Shown in pieces: positions 38,636-48,620 of a DNA stretch of 64,000 nucleotides. Within the stretch, counting starts at the first letter, position 1, and every line of letters begins with the position of its first letter. The position numbers were made by a program, and so were the translations under genes. This stretch comes from a phage: NCBI GenBank assembly GCA_026209155.1, contig GCA_026209155.1_3056.1; one strand, 5' to 3'. A model generated the notes under the pieces. That model had not been told where the DNA came from and searched no databases. It was given only the letters and a program-made list of their open reading frames with translations.

Positions 38636-38929
38636 TCAGCTATAACGATAACACTCGTTTGATTTGCGCTTAGCAACTCGTTGAGAAGTATTGTAATCAA
38701 AATCATCGTCAATGTAAACTGATTTTTTCAACTTTCTTACTTCACTACGTAATTGACGATTTAGCTCATCTTTAACTTCTGAATCAATGCCTTTCATTCT
38801 ACGCCATTTATCAGAGCGAAAAATGTTTTCAACCATATCTTTATGACTTACACCATCAGGAGCTTTACGCTTTCCGAAATAGTCATAATCACGTACTTTT
38901 AAATCTTTACGACGATACGTTTTACCCAT
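38636..38929 (-). CDS. hypothetical basic protein
   Basis: ATG at 38927-38929 with AAGGAAA RBS gives 97 aa (MGKTYRRKDLKVRDYDYFGKRK...). Confidence 0.4.
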   Translation of the reverse strand: MGKTYRRKDLKVRDYDYFGKRKAPDGVSHKDMVENIFRSDKWRRMKGIDSEVKDELNRQLRSEVRKLKKSVYIDDDFDYNTSQRVAKRKSNECYRYS

Positions 38930-39104
38930 GGAGTTTAATTTCCTTAGCAACTGAACTAAATACAGCACGATCACAAATCATCTGTTTATGTAACTTGAGT
39001 ATAAGATAATAAACTTCAAAACCGTTTACATAAGTAACACGAACAACATTACCATTAATAAAATAATATTGTCCCTTTTTAATCTCTTTATCAACCACAA
39101 CCAT
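38922..39104 (-). CDS. hypothetical small protein
   Basis: 60-aa ORF downstream of an early promoter. Confidence 0.4.
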   Translation of the reverse strand: MVVVDKEIKKGQYYFINGNVVRVTYVNGFEVYYLILKLHKQMICDRAVFSSVAKEIKLHG

Positions 39105-39132
39105 ATCAATTCCTCAAAGGCAATTCATATGT

Positions 39133-39166
39133 TAATAATACCACAGTTTGAACTTGTTGTAAACAA
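39133..39166 (-). promoter_or_regulatory. T4-type early promoter
   Basis: Plus ataata 39135-39140 and gtaaac 39159-39164. Confidence 0.5.
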
Positions 39167-39231
39167 CTTTGTGAAAATTATTTTAGGGAATGATAAGAAG
39201 TGAATGATAGTTAGAATGGTAATATACAGAA

Positions 39232-39258
39232 TGTGAGAAAGAAAGGCCCAGAGGGCCC
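39232..39258 (-). terminator. terminator-like hairpin after nrdH
   Basis: ggccc aga gggcc at 39245-39257, U-rich tail on minus strand. Confidence 0.45.
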
Positions 39259-39261
39259 GTC

Positions 39262-39570
39262 TTAGTCTTCTATGATATCTCTATCATATCCAAGTGAAAT
39301 GAGAGTTTCTTTGAAGTGTTTAATGTTCTTTTGTCTGGAATCATTAATGAAAATGACTGGATAACGAATGTTAAGAGATGTGAATCCAGCGCGTTTAGCA
39401 AGAGATACAATCAGTGGACGATCATACTCAATCTTACCATTATTAGTAAGAACTTTATAGAAAGTAAAAGGAGCATTGAGCTCCTTTAGAAGTTTTGTAA
39501 CTGATTGACATCCAGGACAACGACCTACTTCATCTGGAATTCCATAGACTTCAATCTTGTTTTGTTTCAC
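39262..39570 (-). CDS. nrdH: NrdH-type glutaredoxin-like protein
   Basis: 102-aa ORF with CPGC redox motif. Confidence 0.65.
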   Translation of the reverse strand: MKQNKIEVYGIPDEVGRCPGCQSVTKLLKELNAPFTFYKVLTNNGKIEYDRPLIVSLAKRAGFTSLNIRYPVIFINDSRQKNIKHFKETLISLGYDRDIIED

Positions 39571-39572
39571 AA

Positions 39573-39809
39573 CTATTCCTTACTAAGAGCAGCATTCAGC
39601 TTGTTAGTAATTTTATCCAGACGCTCATTGAACTCGCTAGAAGATAAGCCTTTTTCTGGAGAAATTAAGCTAATTACGAAAAATATAGCAATAAAAGGAA
39701 TAAGGAAAATAGCTCCAACTGCCATAAACAAAAAGAATGTTACAGTTGTAAGAAAATCAGCTAAACCTTTACGAAATTTATACATATTTACCCTTAATTG
39801 ATTAACCAA
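39573..39809 (-). CDS. hypothetical membrane protein
   Basis: 78-aa ORF with one long hydrophobic segment. Confidence 0.4.
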   Translation of the reverse strand: MVNQLRVNMYKFRKGLADFLTTVTFFLFMAVGAIFLIPFIAIFFVISLISPEKGLSSSEFNERLDKITNKLNAALSKE

Positions 39810-39899
39810 GCATTGATAAGTACTAAACTATACTGCGAATAAAATTCTGGACCAAAATGAAAAATCATATCATTTATAGTATCAATAATATAATTCAGT

Positions 39900-40370
39900 T
39901 TAATCATGTTTCCACACCCCATCGGTATTTGACCAAAGTCGCTGATTATCTGAACCTCGCCACAGCTTTTTAGTCGGAAGATTTTTCTCATACTTCCCAT
40001 CAATAATAACATCAACATATTTAAGCATTTCTAGTTGTTTAATATCTTCAAACTTGTACCCTGTCCACAACCAAATGCTTTTATTTGGATAAAGATTTTT
40101 TACAGTTTGAACAATGCAATGAACATCATCTCGGTTATCAGGATAAAGAGGGTCACCTCCGGTTATAGTTAATCCTTCTATATAATCATTATTCAAACAT
40201 TCAATCAATTGTTCTAGTGTTTCACCAGTAAATGGAATACCATTTCTAGCATTCCATGTTGATTTATTATAACACCCTTCGCATTTATGCAAACAACCTG
40301 TAACGAAAAGAACGACCCTGCATCCAGGGCCATTCACAAAATCGCAAGGATAAAATCTATCATAATTCAT
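39900..40370 (-). CDS. nrdG: anaerobic ribonucleotide reductase activating protein (radical SAM)
   Basis: Start at internal ATG gives MNYDRFYPCDFVNGPGCRVVLFVTGCLHKCEGC (156 aa) with a CxxxCxxC-type cluster. Confidence 0.8.
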   Translation of the reverse strand: MNYDRFYPCDFVNGPGCRVVLFVTGCLHKCEGCYNKSTWNARNGIPFTGETLEQLIECLNNDYIEGLTITGGDPLYPDNRDDVHCIVQTVKNLYPNKSIWLWTGYKFEDIKQLEMLKYVDVIIDGKYEKNLPTKKLWRGSDNQRLWSNTDGVWKHD

Positions 40371-41197
40371 AATAATATCCAATTTTTCCAAGCTTCATCA
40401 GTAGAATTACAGCGTTTTAGTATAAGATGTCTAGAAACTTTTATGGAATTTGAGCACTTTTTAATTGAATCATATTTAATACCGTCAACTGAAACGGTTT
40501 TGCTAGTTGGAGAAATTTTTCCATACATTGGATTTTTTGAACCAACTTGAAGTCCTTTTAAAGCTTTTGAAAGCTTTTGTCTAGATTCCAATGACATGGG
40601 AGAATTCTTTTTACCTTCAATAATTCGCTTGCGATGAAGTTCGCGTTCTTCTTCACTCAAAGAATTGTAATATTTTTTAACACCGTTTGATATAGATAAT
40701 TTATCTTTCTCAGACCGCTCTCCAGCTAATTTACTTCTAACATCTTTTCGCTTCATAGCTATGCTTACGGCTTTATTTAAATTTGCTTGATGCTCTGGCG
40801 TACGTTTATATTTCTTTAAAGCACGTGAAATAGCTATTTTAGTTTCTTCTGTTCTCTTTTTACCTTTATTTGCTAAACTATTTTTGTGGCGATGTTCAAG
40901 TGTCTGTTCATAGGCAGTTCCACCTTTTCCACCAGGTTTAATATTATATGTATTTTCTTTTAGACAATACTCTTCAGTTACAAGTTCAGCTTCTTTATCA
41001 TACATTTGCTTTTCATTATCAAAAACATATAAAATTTCTTTATAAAAATTTTTTATACCATATTTTAATAAAGCAGCACGAATCAATGTTCCTGATCCCA
41101 TATAACCGTCATTTATATTATCGGTGCTATGCGCACCGATATATTCCTTTGAATTAATTATATTTGTTATTTTATAAATTATATAATACCTATGCAT
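40367..41197 (-). CDS. free-standing GIY-YIG homing endonuclease (Seg-like)
   Basis: 276-aa ORF; N-terminal YYIIYKITNIINSKEYIGAHS motif; NUMOD3-like repeats (KGKKRTEETKIAISRALK, SPMSLESRQKLSKALKG); wedged between nrdD and nrdG with 4-8 nt overlaps. Confidence 0.7.
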   Translation of the reverse strand: MHRYYIIYKITNIINSKEYIGAHSTDNINDGYMGSGTLIRAALLKYGIKNFYKEILYVFDNEKQMYDKEAELVTEEYCLKENTYNIKPGGKGGTAYEQTLEHRHKNSLANKGKKRTEETKIAISRALKKYKRTPEHQANLNKAVSIAMKRKDVRSKLAGERSEKDKLSISNGVKKYYNSLSEEERELHRKRIIEGKKNSPMSLESRQKLSKALKGLQVGSKNPMYGKISPTSKTVSVDGIKYDSIKKCSNSIKVSRHLILKRCNSTDEAWKNWILL

Positions 41198-43007
41198 GTT
41201 TTACTCGTTTTACCATTTCTTTCATTTTACCTAAATTCCATGGAACAACGCTAGGAGTTCCAAGATATCCGCATGTTCTTCTTATTGTGTTCATCTTTTT
41301 AGGATCAGTTTCTCCACAAATAGAACAAACAAATCCGTTTTCAGTAGGAGTCATTTCATGGGTACTTCCACATGTAAAACATTTATCTACTGGCATATTA
41401 ACACCAAAATAATCTAAATGTTGTGCAGCATAATCCCATACAGCCTCAAGACCTTTTAAGTTATTTTTCATATCAGGAAGTTCAACATAAGAAATGTGGC
41501 CGCCTGTCGCAATGAAATGATATGGTGCTTCGCGAGAAATCTTTTCAAACGGAGTAATATTTTCTTCTACTGAAACATGGAAACTGTTAGTGTACCAACC
41601 TTTATCGGTAACATCCTTTACACTTCCATATTTTTCGGTATCAAGTTTACAGAAGCGATAACAAAGGTTTTCAGCAGGAGTAGAATACAAGCTAAAAGCA
41701 AAACCAGTTCTTTCAGTCCACTGCTTAAGACGAGCATTCATTTTAGTTAAAATTTCTTGTCCAATATCACGACCGACAAGAATATTCAATTCGTGAATAC
41801 CAATGTATCCTAAGGACACTGAACTTCTACCGTTTTTAAATAACTCAATTATATCATCATCAGGTTTAAGACGAACCCCGAATGCACCTTCTTGGTAAAG
41901 AATAGGAGCAACAGTCGCTTTAACTCCTTTTAAGGAACTAATTCTACACATCAAAGCTTCAAAACACAGATCCATTCGTTCATTAAATAGCTCAACAAAT
42001 TTCTGCTCATTGAATTGAGTTCCAATATAAGAATCTAATGCAATACGAGGAAGATTCAGTGTTACAACGCCAAGATTATTACGTCCATCAAGAATTTCAT
42101 TACCAGTCGAATCTTTCCATACGCTCAAGAAACTGCGGCAACCCATTGGAGAAACAGGAATAGATGAACCTGTGATAGCTTTATTGTTCTTAGCCGAAAT
42201 GATGTCAGGATACATTCTTTTACTTGCACATTCTAGAGCAAGCTGCTTAATATCATAGTTCGGATCGTCTTTATAAAGATTAACACCTTCTTCAACGAAC
42301 ATAACAAGTTTAGGGAAAATAGGAGTTATCCCATCGCGACCAAGACCTTTGATACGATTTTTCAGAATTGCTTTCTGAATCATTCGTTCAGTCCAGTCAG
42401 TTCCCGTACCAAATGTAATTGTTACAAAAGGCGTTTGTCCGTTTGAACTAAAGAGAGTATTTACTTCATATTCATAAGCTTGGAATGCATCGTATACGTC
42501 TTTTTCTGTTTTAGATTGGGCATAATTCAACGCATCAGCGATTTGCCATTTTTCTGCATCCTCAATATGTTTTGCATAGGTGCGTTTAACATAAGGAGAA
42601 AGTACTTTATCTACATTCGCAAAAGTCGTTCCGCCATATTGGTGGGAAGCAACCTGTGCAGTAATTTGTGCCATAATTGCAGTAGCAACGCCGATTGATT
42701 TAGGAGTTTCAATCTGTGCATTACCGAGCTTAAATCCGTTCTCAAGCATTCCTTTTAAATCTACTAAACAGCAATTAGTAAATGGAAGAGCAGGGGAATA
42801 ATCAATATCATGGAAATGAATAATTCCGCTTTCATGCGCTTTCATAATAAAAGACGGGACCATATTTTTGGCAATGTGTTTAGACACAATACCAGCCATA
42901 AGGTCCCGTTGAGTTGGAAAAACACGAGAATCTTTATTAGCATTCTCGTTCAAAAGGTCTTTATTAGTTTTATGAATCAATCCTTCAATTTCTTTTTCAA
43001 TTGTCAT
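41190..43007 (-). CDS. nrdD: anaerobic ribonucleoside-triphosphate reductase (uninterrupted)
   Basis: 605-aa continuous ORF with C-terminal glycyl-radical motif RRTCGYLG and CxxC zinc site. Confidence 0.9.
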   Translation of the reverse strand: MTIEKEIEGLIHKTNKDLLNENANKDSRVFPTQRDLMAGIVSKHIAKNMVPSFIMKAHESGIIHFHDIDYSPALPFTNCCLVDLKGMLENGFKLGNAQIETPKSIGVATAIMAQITAQVASHQYGGTTFANVDKVLSPYVKRTYAKHIEDAEKWQIADALNYAQSKTEKDVYDAFQAYEYEVNTLFSSNGQTPFVTITFGTGTDWTERMIQKAILKNRIKGLGRDGITPIFPKLVMFVEEGVNLYKDDPNYDIKQLALECASKRMYPDIISAKNNKAITGSSIPVSPMGCRSFLSVWKDSTGNEILDGRNNLGVVTLNLPRIALDSYIGTQFNEQKFVELFNERMDLCFEALMCRISSLKGVKATVAPILYQEGAFGVRLKPDDDIIELFKNGRSSVSLGYIGIHELNILVGRDIGQEILTKMNARLKQWTERTGFAFSLYSTPAENLCYRFCKLDTEKYGSVKDVTDKGWYTNSFHVSVEENITPFEKISREAPYHFIATGGHISYVELPDMKNNLKGLEAVWDYAAQHLDYFGVNMPVDKCFTCGSTHEMTPTENGFVCSICGETDPKKMNTIRRTCGYLGTPSVVPWNLGKMKEMVKRVKHA

Positions 43008-43477
43008 TTTAAACTCTTTCTAAGCTGCTTCTTAAATGAAGCTATTAATTGTGTTTTGGTGTCAGATTCATTATATTCAAATCCTCTTTGAAGCATCTCG
43101 GCCATCATTTCCTCTTTTCCTAAACGAGAAAATTCCTTTGATTTATCTCCAACAAAGTTAGGGTGAATATTATTTTGGGTGTAATCGGATTTTAAATAAG
43201 TAAGTAAATTTTCTAACCATTCAAGATAATCAACACCTTGTCCCTTTAAGCCAGAACGATTAAATTTATGCTTCATTTGACCTTCCGCAGCATTGCAGAG
43301 ATTACAGAGCAATCCACGTACCTTTCCTGCTTTTGGTCCATTTAATTCATGGTCATGGTCAAGGTGATTAGCTTGAACATCAGGATTTAGTTCTCGTTGG
43401 CAAATTAAGCATTTACCGTTTTGTGCATCATAAAATTTCTGTTTTTCTTCTTTGTATAATTTGCCAGTCAATAACAT
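43004..43477 (-). CDS. 49: endonuclease VII (Holliday junction resolvase)
   Basis: 157-aa ORF MLLTGKLYKEEKQKFYDAQNGKCLICQRELNPD...; matches T4 gp49. Confidence 0.9.
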   Translation of the reverse strand: MLLTGKLYKEEKQKFYDAQNGKCLICQRELNPDVQANHLDHDHELNGPKAGKVRGLLCNLCNAAEGQMKHKFNRSGLKGQGVDYLEWLENLLTYLKSDYTQNNIHPNFVGDKSKEFSRLGKEEMMAEMLQRGFEYNESDTKTQLIASFKKQLRKSLK

Positions 43478-43695
43478 AATAAAACCCTTACCTTAAATAG
43501 ATAAGGGTATTTATTATTTTCAAGTATTGTAAAACATTCGATGCAATCGCTTATATTGTCGAATCATCTTTTTAGTAGGACGAGAATAAGTTCCTATACA
43601 AGTGGTCATATTAGGGTCAGTAGGACTTCCTTTAATAAAAAGTTTCCAAACCTTACCACCATTTAACTTTTCAGTATAAATTAATTCGGTTTTCA

Positions 43696-44142
43696 TTAAA
43701 ACGCTCGGTCAGAAAAAGAAATTTGAGTTTCAAGCCATTCAATGTACTCTGCGGCAGCTTGCATCAGGTTACCTTCATAGCCATCGTTATTTTCTTGCGC
43801 AGCTAATTTAGCTAATGCGTATGAAATACGTTCACCTTGAAAAGCGGCTTTAGGCTTCTGAACATCTTGGCTAGTTCTCTCTACAACTTCTTCAATTTCG
43901 CCATTTTCAACGGATTCAGTATTCCACAAACACCAGTATGTAATTGGCTTATCATAGATGTTAATAATCTTTCCGTCGGAAAGTTCAATTTCAATAATTC
44001 CAGTATCAGGTTCTATATCATCTTCGCATTCTTTTGCAAGTTCACGAACTTTAAAGACAGTACCTGCACTAAGTTCCGGCCAGTAATTACATAGCCCTGT
44101 ATCAACACGATTAATTCTAAACCACTTATCTACTGTAATCAT
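43696..44142 (-). CDS. hypothetical protein
   Basis: Track ORF begins with TTG at 44160; first ATG gives MITVDKWFRINRVD... (148 aa). Confidence 0.4.
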   Translation of the reverse strand: MITVDKWFRINRVDTGLCNYWPELSAGTVFKVRELAKECEDDIEPDTGIIEIELSDGKIINIYDKPITYWCLWNTESVENGEIEEVVERTSQDVQKPKAAFQGERISYALAKLAAQENNDGYEGNLMQAAAEYIEWLETQISFSDRAF

Positions 44143-44437
44143 GTCCCATCTCCATATCAATTAAGTCATTTATCGTTGGTTCATTATATACTGTTTCTTC
44201 ATCAGTGTAAACCGGTTCTTCCGGCTCTGGCTCTACAGTTTCCCATCTAGCCGCCCACCAAGGTTTAACCCCGAAGCTTATTAAGTTCTTCATAATCAAT
44301 CCAGGATTCTAATCCTGATGGCAAATCAGATTCAATTTCCCAAAGAAGCTCTTCAATTTTCTGAAGACGATCTAGTTCTTCGGCTGGAATAGTAACCATT
44401 GACGGAGTTCTTGATACATTAATATCGTAAATCATAT

Positions 44438-44653
44438 TTACCCCAATTTAACCATACAATCGCCGTATTTCCACTTAGAAATAGACTTTTCACCATTAGA
44501 ATAATAAACTTCGAGTTTAGCACGATTATTTTTAATTTGAATAACCTTGGCTGTCATCAAAGTTCCATACCCATAATAAACTGCAACTTCATCACCTACA
44601 TATACCGCGCTTCCGCGGTAATCATGAATATAGTCAGTTCCTTCGAGCATCAT
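44438..44653 (-). CDS. hypothetical small protein
   Basis: 71-aa ORF, 4-nt overlap with nrdC. Confidence 0.4.
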   Translation of the reverse strand: MMLEGTDYIHDYRGSAVYVGDEVAVYYGYGTLMTAKVIQIKNNRAKLEVYYSNGEKSISKWKYGDCMVKLG

Positions 44654-44913
44654 TTAAAATATTCTCGCAGTTGGTCAAATCCACCAATATGACTTCCATC
44701 AGGAGCAAATACCTGGGGCATTGTCAAGCCGATTTGAGTATCACGACCTAGTTTAGTCAGAAGCTCAGCAATTTTCTCATCATCAAAAACACCTTTTTCC
44801 GGCATAATGTTGATAAATTCAAACGGCTGTTTCTTCACGGTCAAAAGACGTTTTGCATTATCGCAATACACACATTTATGAATGTTGCTATCATAACCAT
44901 ATACTTTAAACAT
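44650..44913 (-). CDS. nrdC: glutaredoxin (thioredoxin) NrdC
   Basis: 87-aa ORF MFKVYGYDSNIHKCVYCDNAKRLL... with CVYC active site; matches T4 NrdC. Confidence 0.85.
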   Translation of the reverse strand: MFKVYGYDSNIHKCVYCDNAKRLLTVKKQPFEFINIMPEKGVFDDEKIAELLTKLGRDTQIGLTMPQVFAPDGSHIGGFDQLREYFK

Positions 44914-44914
44914 A

Positions 44915-45157
44915 TTATTCCTTAATTCCTAGTACTTGTTTAAAAGTCTCGTCGTAATCAAGACTTTGGCCCGTTTGTTCTTTATGTTTGTATATAATAT
45001 CACTTACTTCTGATAGCATATTTTTATATGAACGAGTTAAAGCAGATTTAAGCACGCTGTATCTATCAGGAAATTTACCATGTTCATTATAATAAGCTAT
45101 TGCTAATTCACGGACTGCCTTTTCAGCAGCCTCCATATATTCTTTACGCTTGGTCAT
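44915..45157 (-). CDS. hypothetical small protein
   Basis: 80-aa ORF. Confidence 0.4.
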   Translation of the reverse strand: MTKRKEYMEAAEKAVRELAIAYYNEHGKFPDRYSVLKSALTRSYKNMLSEVSDIIYKHKEQTGQSLDYDETFKQVLGIKE

Positions 45158-45159
45158 TT

Positions 45160-45549
45160 TTAATCCAAAATATTATTAGGCATTGGTTGAACACTCACAA
45201 GTTCTTTAAAGAACTCAGTAGAGTCAGGCAATTTAACCATTTCCGGAGCATGCTTACTGAATTTATGTTTACATTGACGGCATTTATATTCAAGCTCTGG
45301 TTTACGCCAGTTAATCAATTGAACTTGTTCAGTACCGCATTCAGGGCAATTAGGAACGTTTTTAGAAGCTCTTTCACGTCGTTCAACCATAGCCATAATA
45401 GCATCCCATGCTGGAGGTTTAAAATCTAAATCGTCGCAGCCGTGAATCTTTCCACGCATTTCCATATCATCTTCCTCACCAGCCATAATAATTTTAATTA
45501 AACTGGAATTACTTGAAGCTGCAATGTCTTCTAATAAACGCTTTTTCAT
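45160..45549 (-). CDS. hypothetical protein with zinc-ribbon-like Cys pairs
   Basis: 129-aa ORF; CPECGTE...CRQCKH. Confidence 0.4.
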   Translation of the reverse strand: MKKRLLEDIAASSNSSLIKIIMAGEEDDMEMRGKIHGCDDLDFKPPAWDAIMAMVERRERASKNVPNCPECGTEQVQLINWRKPELEYKCRQCKHKFSKHAPEMVKLPDSTEFFKELVSVQPMPNNILD

Positions 45550-46472
45550 TTCAATACCTCAATAGCATTACGTAAACCATTTGCTTTGGCGGTTAAAGCC
45601 TTAAGAACTTTAGTATGCTCTTCAATCTGTTTTTCAACTTCAATCAAACGGGCACTGAGATATTCGCGTTCTTCTTTCATAGTATCATTTCCATGATTGG
45701 ATTTTGGTGTAGGTTTAAATTCACTAGGGTCCTTTAATTTAATAACAAATTTAGTTTCAAACAGCGAAAGACCATAATTCGTATTATCATCAAAGGATTT
45801 GACTACATCCATATCAGATAATAACACGCGTAAATTATAAGCCAAAGAACTAATAGTTTCATTGTGTTTATTAGCTTCGCGTGGTTTCATATACGGAAGA
45901 TTTTTATATATCTCGTGCGGAGCACAAATGATAATTGACAATTCAAATTGCCCATTCTGGGACGATGGAGTGAATTTAGCCGTAACCCAGTCTTTTACAT
46001 TCACATTAATAGTACGGTTATCACCATGACAAAACAGTCTACGAGAATGCTTAAAAAGCATATTCACGTTATTATTGAATTCGTGTGAAAATTCACTAGC
46101 AAATTTTTCTTTACTATCTTTAGAAAACCATTCTTCTAAATAAGTTCTTTTCACGTCGTTAATAATATTAAATGTAACAACACTAGCATTTGATACATTA
46201 GTCTCAATGTAGCTTGAATACATAAATTTTTTAACATTATTAACAGCTATCACAGAAGATAGTAATCGGGAACGTTTGAACCACTCGAGCAAAGAACCAA
46301 GAGAATGTGAATACGCATTTTGTGTATCTTTACAAATATGGTTTTCCCATCCAATATAGTCTAAAAAATCACGAAGAATATTATTGATTACTGCTCTGTG
46401 TCCTATCTGATAATTACGATGTTTAGTAATAAGACTGTCAAAATAATCAATATAATGTTTACGAGTTTTCAT
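45546..46472 (-). CDS. coiled-coil paralog family member A
   Basis: 308-aa ORF, N-terminus MKTRKHY, C-terminal heptad helix [42 protein letters not shown]. Confidence 0.5.
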   Translation of the reverse strand: MKTRKHYIDYFDSLITKHRNYQIGHRAVINNILRDFLDYIGWENHICKDTQNAYSHSLGSLLEWFKRSRLLSSVIAVNNVKKFMYSSYIETNVSNASVVTFNIINDVKRTYLEEWFSKDSKEKFASEFSHEFNNNVNMLFKHSRRLFCHGDNRTINVNVKDWVTAKFTPSSQNGQFELSIIICAPHEIYKNLPYMKPREANKHNETISSLAYNLRVLLSDMDVVKSFDDNTNYGLSLFETKFVIKLKDPSEFKPTPKSNHGNDTMKEEREYLSARLIEVEKQIEEHTKVLKALTAKANGLRNAIEVLK

Positions 46473-46524
46473 GTTCTTCTCACTTGGTTAATGATTTATA
46501 CTCCGAGCCATCCTTGGCTTTAAA

Positions 46525-47526
46525 TTACTTAATTAACTGTAAAGCTTGTTCCAGACGATCAAGACGATTAACAGATTCTTCCCAAATCCTTTTAGCCTGC
46601 TCATATTCTTTCTGCGCTTTATTAGAAATTTCTAGAACTTCTTTATAAGCTTTTTCTAGTGCAATAACTTCTGGACGAATTTCTATCGGTTCAGGTGAAT
46701 CATCAAGACATTCCATTAGTTCCTCAAGGGTAGTTTCTTCTTTAGGAGTATTCACAATTTCATCACATTTTTGTTGGTAAATTTCTTTATCAGTAGGTGA
46801 ATAAGCACATTTCACTTCACGAAGGCTAATTACGAGTTTATATCCTTCCCAACCGCATATATTCTTAAAAGGATATGTATGAATATTTTCTACTGTTTCC
46901 ATACAAAGTAATGCGGTCTCTAATTGACGAGTTATAGTGCTAGCAATTGAGAAAAATTTATTAATATTCTTTTGGTTAGTTTCTGGTGTAAAAAATCCAT
47001 AATTCACAAAAATAGATACTTTATTTTTATCAAGTTCATATTCTTTTATGATAATCATATCAGAAGCCAAAGGATGAATTTGACGATAATCGCCATAACA
47101 TAATTTAGAAGCTGATTTTAGAATTTGTTTCTTAAAAAGTCTGAAATTACTGATCCAACGACGAGTAAAAATATTCTCAGGGTCTTCTTTAATATTAAGA
47201 TGATAAGAATTAACATCACCGAACCAATTGTATCCTACTACATCTTTAGTTCGTTTAATTTCTTTCCCAAAATTACCAAGAATATCCCGATTAACCAAAT
47301 ATGAAAGAAGACGAGACTCTTTAAAGGTTTTCTTGATAACATCTTTATCTACACGGCTAGAAATTTTACGAATTTCATGAATAAATTTAGTAGAAGAAAC
47401 AATACTTGCATCAACACTATTGAGCCATTGATTGATAATAGAAAGAACGCTATTTTGGCCAAACATCGGTATAGCTTTATCATCAATAACGCTATTGAAT
47501 GATTTGATATATTCGTTACGAGTCAT
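46525..47526 (-). CDS. coiled-coil paralog family member B
   Basis: ATG at 47524-47526 with GAGGAG RBS gives MTRNEYIKSF... (333 aa); C-terminal EYEQAKRIWEESVNRLDRLEQALQLIK. Confidence 0.5.
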   Translation of the reverse strand: MTRNEYIKSFNSVIDDKAIPMFGQNSVLSIINQWLNSVDASIVSSTKFIHEIRKISSRVDKDVIKKTFKESRLLSYLVNRDILGNFGKEIKRTKDVVGYNWFGDVNSYHLNIKEDPENIFTRRWISNFRLFKKQILKSASKLCYGDYRQIHPLASDMIIIKEYELDKNKVSIFVNYGFFTPETNQKNINKFFSIASTITRQLETALLCMETVENIHTYPFKNICGWEGYKLVISLREVKCAYSPTDKEIYQQKCDEIVNTPKEETTLEELMECLDDSPEPIEIRPEVIALEKAYKEVLEISNKAQKEYEQAKRIWEESVNRLDRLEQALQLIK

Positions 47527-47552
47527 AATAATCTCCTCAGTAGAAAGTAAAA

Positions 47553-47586
47553 ACATTATACCACATCCTTGTGGCAAAGTAAACTA
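47553..47586 (-). promoter_or_regulatory. T4-type early promoter, near-identical copy of the rIIA.1 promoter cassette
   Basis: Plus attataccacatccttgtggcaaagtaaac (47555-47584) versus attataccacatccttgtggtaaagtaaac at 2714-2743. Confidence 0.55.
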
Positions 47587-48612
47587 GTTCAGTGCATTTA
47601 GTGCATTGTTCAGTTTAGAACGTTGCTTTGTCAGATTTTGAACCCTTGACTGAGCTTGTTCTAACGCCTTTTCAGCTTCTAGCACTTCATTGGTCGCTTT
47701 AACGAGTTCATCATCTACTGCCTTAAGAGACTTCTCAATCGCGTCAGCGTGCCATTTTTCTACAGGTTTAAAATTTGAATTTTCAGTAGGAAGAAAACTC
47801 ACTTTATTAAGTTTACATGCATCTATATTGCTTGAGCTATACATCCAAAATTTAGGATCGTTTGATAAGTAATTGGATAAATTTAAATTTAAGGTATCTT
47901 GCACTTCCTGCTTTTTCTCTTGAACAATTTCATCCTTTCTCAAAAATTCATATTTAAATGAAACGATCATATCAAGTTCATATGTTGTTGTATGTTCCCA
48001 ATTTCGCTCAAAACGAGGTAAAATCTTAGATTGAACAGCAGCAACAACATCCATATACTTAAATGCTTCTGTCAGCTGTGATTTAAGACATTCACAAATT
48101 GAAAGAGAATTTTTAGTATTAGGCTTAAAGCTAATTCGTGCAGTTCTATTATTTTCTTTTAACGGTCTTACTTCCATCTGAAGAGTATAACCATCAAATT
48201 TCAGGTTCTTTAAGTTAATATCAGAGCCTTTTAATCGACTAGCAGTAGACAAAATTTGCTTTAATTGTTTACGGAATAGAGCAATAAATCTCCATTCAAT
48301 ACGATAATGATTTGGATTGAAAAATCCAGATGATAAATCGACCTTACTTTGACCAACGCCTTGAACAATCAAAGGATTTTTATAATCAATAGTTTTACAG
48401 AAATCGGTGAGCTGTTCACGAGCAGTCATTTGTGTAATATACCCTGCTTTACTAAAATTACGCACCCATTCACTGCTATTCGTATACTTAAAGTGATGAA
48501 TAACACGATTAACTTTATCAGGGTCTAAATTATTTTCACACAAAAATGTCATAACATCACGAGTATAGCTGGCATTACGAACCATATCTTCAATTTGAGA
48601 ACGAGTTTTCAT
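47584..48612 (-). CDS. coiled-coil paralog family member C
   Basis: 342-aa ORF, N-terminus MKTRSQIEDM, C-terminal EAEKALEQAQSRVQNLTKQRSKLNNALNALN. Confidence 0.5.
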   Translation of the reverse strand: MKTRSQIEDMVRNASYTRDVMTFLCENNLDPDKVNRVIHHFKYTNSSEWVRNFSKAGYITQMTAREQLTDFCKTIDYKNPLIVQGVGQSKVDLSSGFFNPNHYRIEWRFIALFRKQLKQILSTASRLKGSDINLKNLKFDGYTLQMEVRPLKENNRTARISFKPNTKNSLSICECLKSQLTEAFKYMDVVAAVQSKILPRFERNWEHTTTYELDMIVSFKYEFLRKDEIVQEKKQEVQDTLNLNLSNYLSNDPKFWMYSSSNIDACKLNKVSFLPTENSNFKPVEKWHADAIEKSLKAVDDELVKATNEVLEAEKALEQAQSRVQNLTKQRSKLNNALNALN

Positions 48613-48620
48613 GGTGTTCC

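Noticed and set aside
41190-43007. Group I intron in nrdD
   Set aside because: nrdD is one uninterrupted 605-codon frame; no intron-sized insert.
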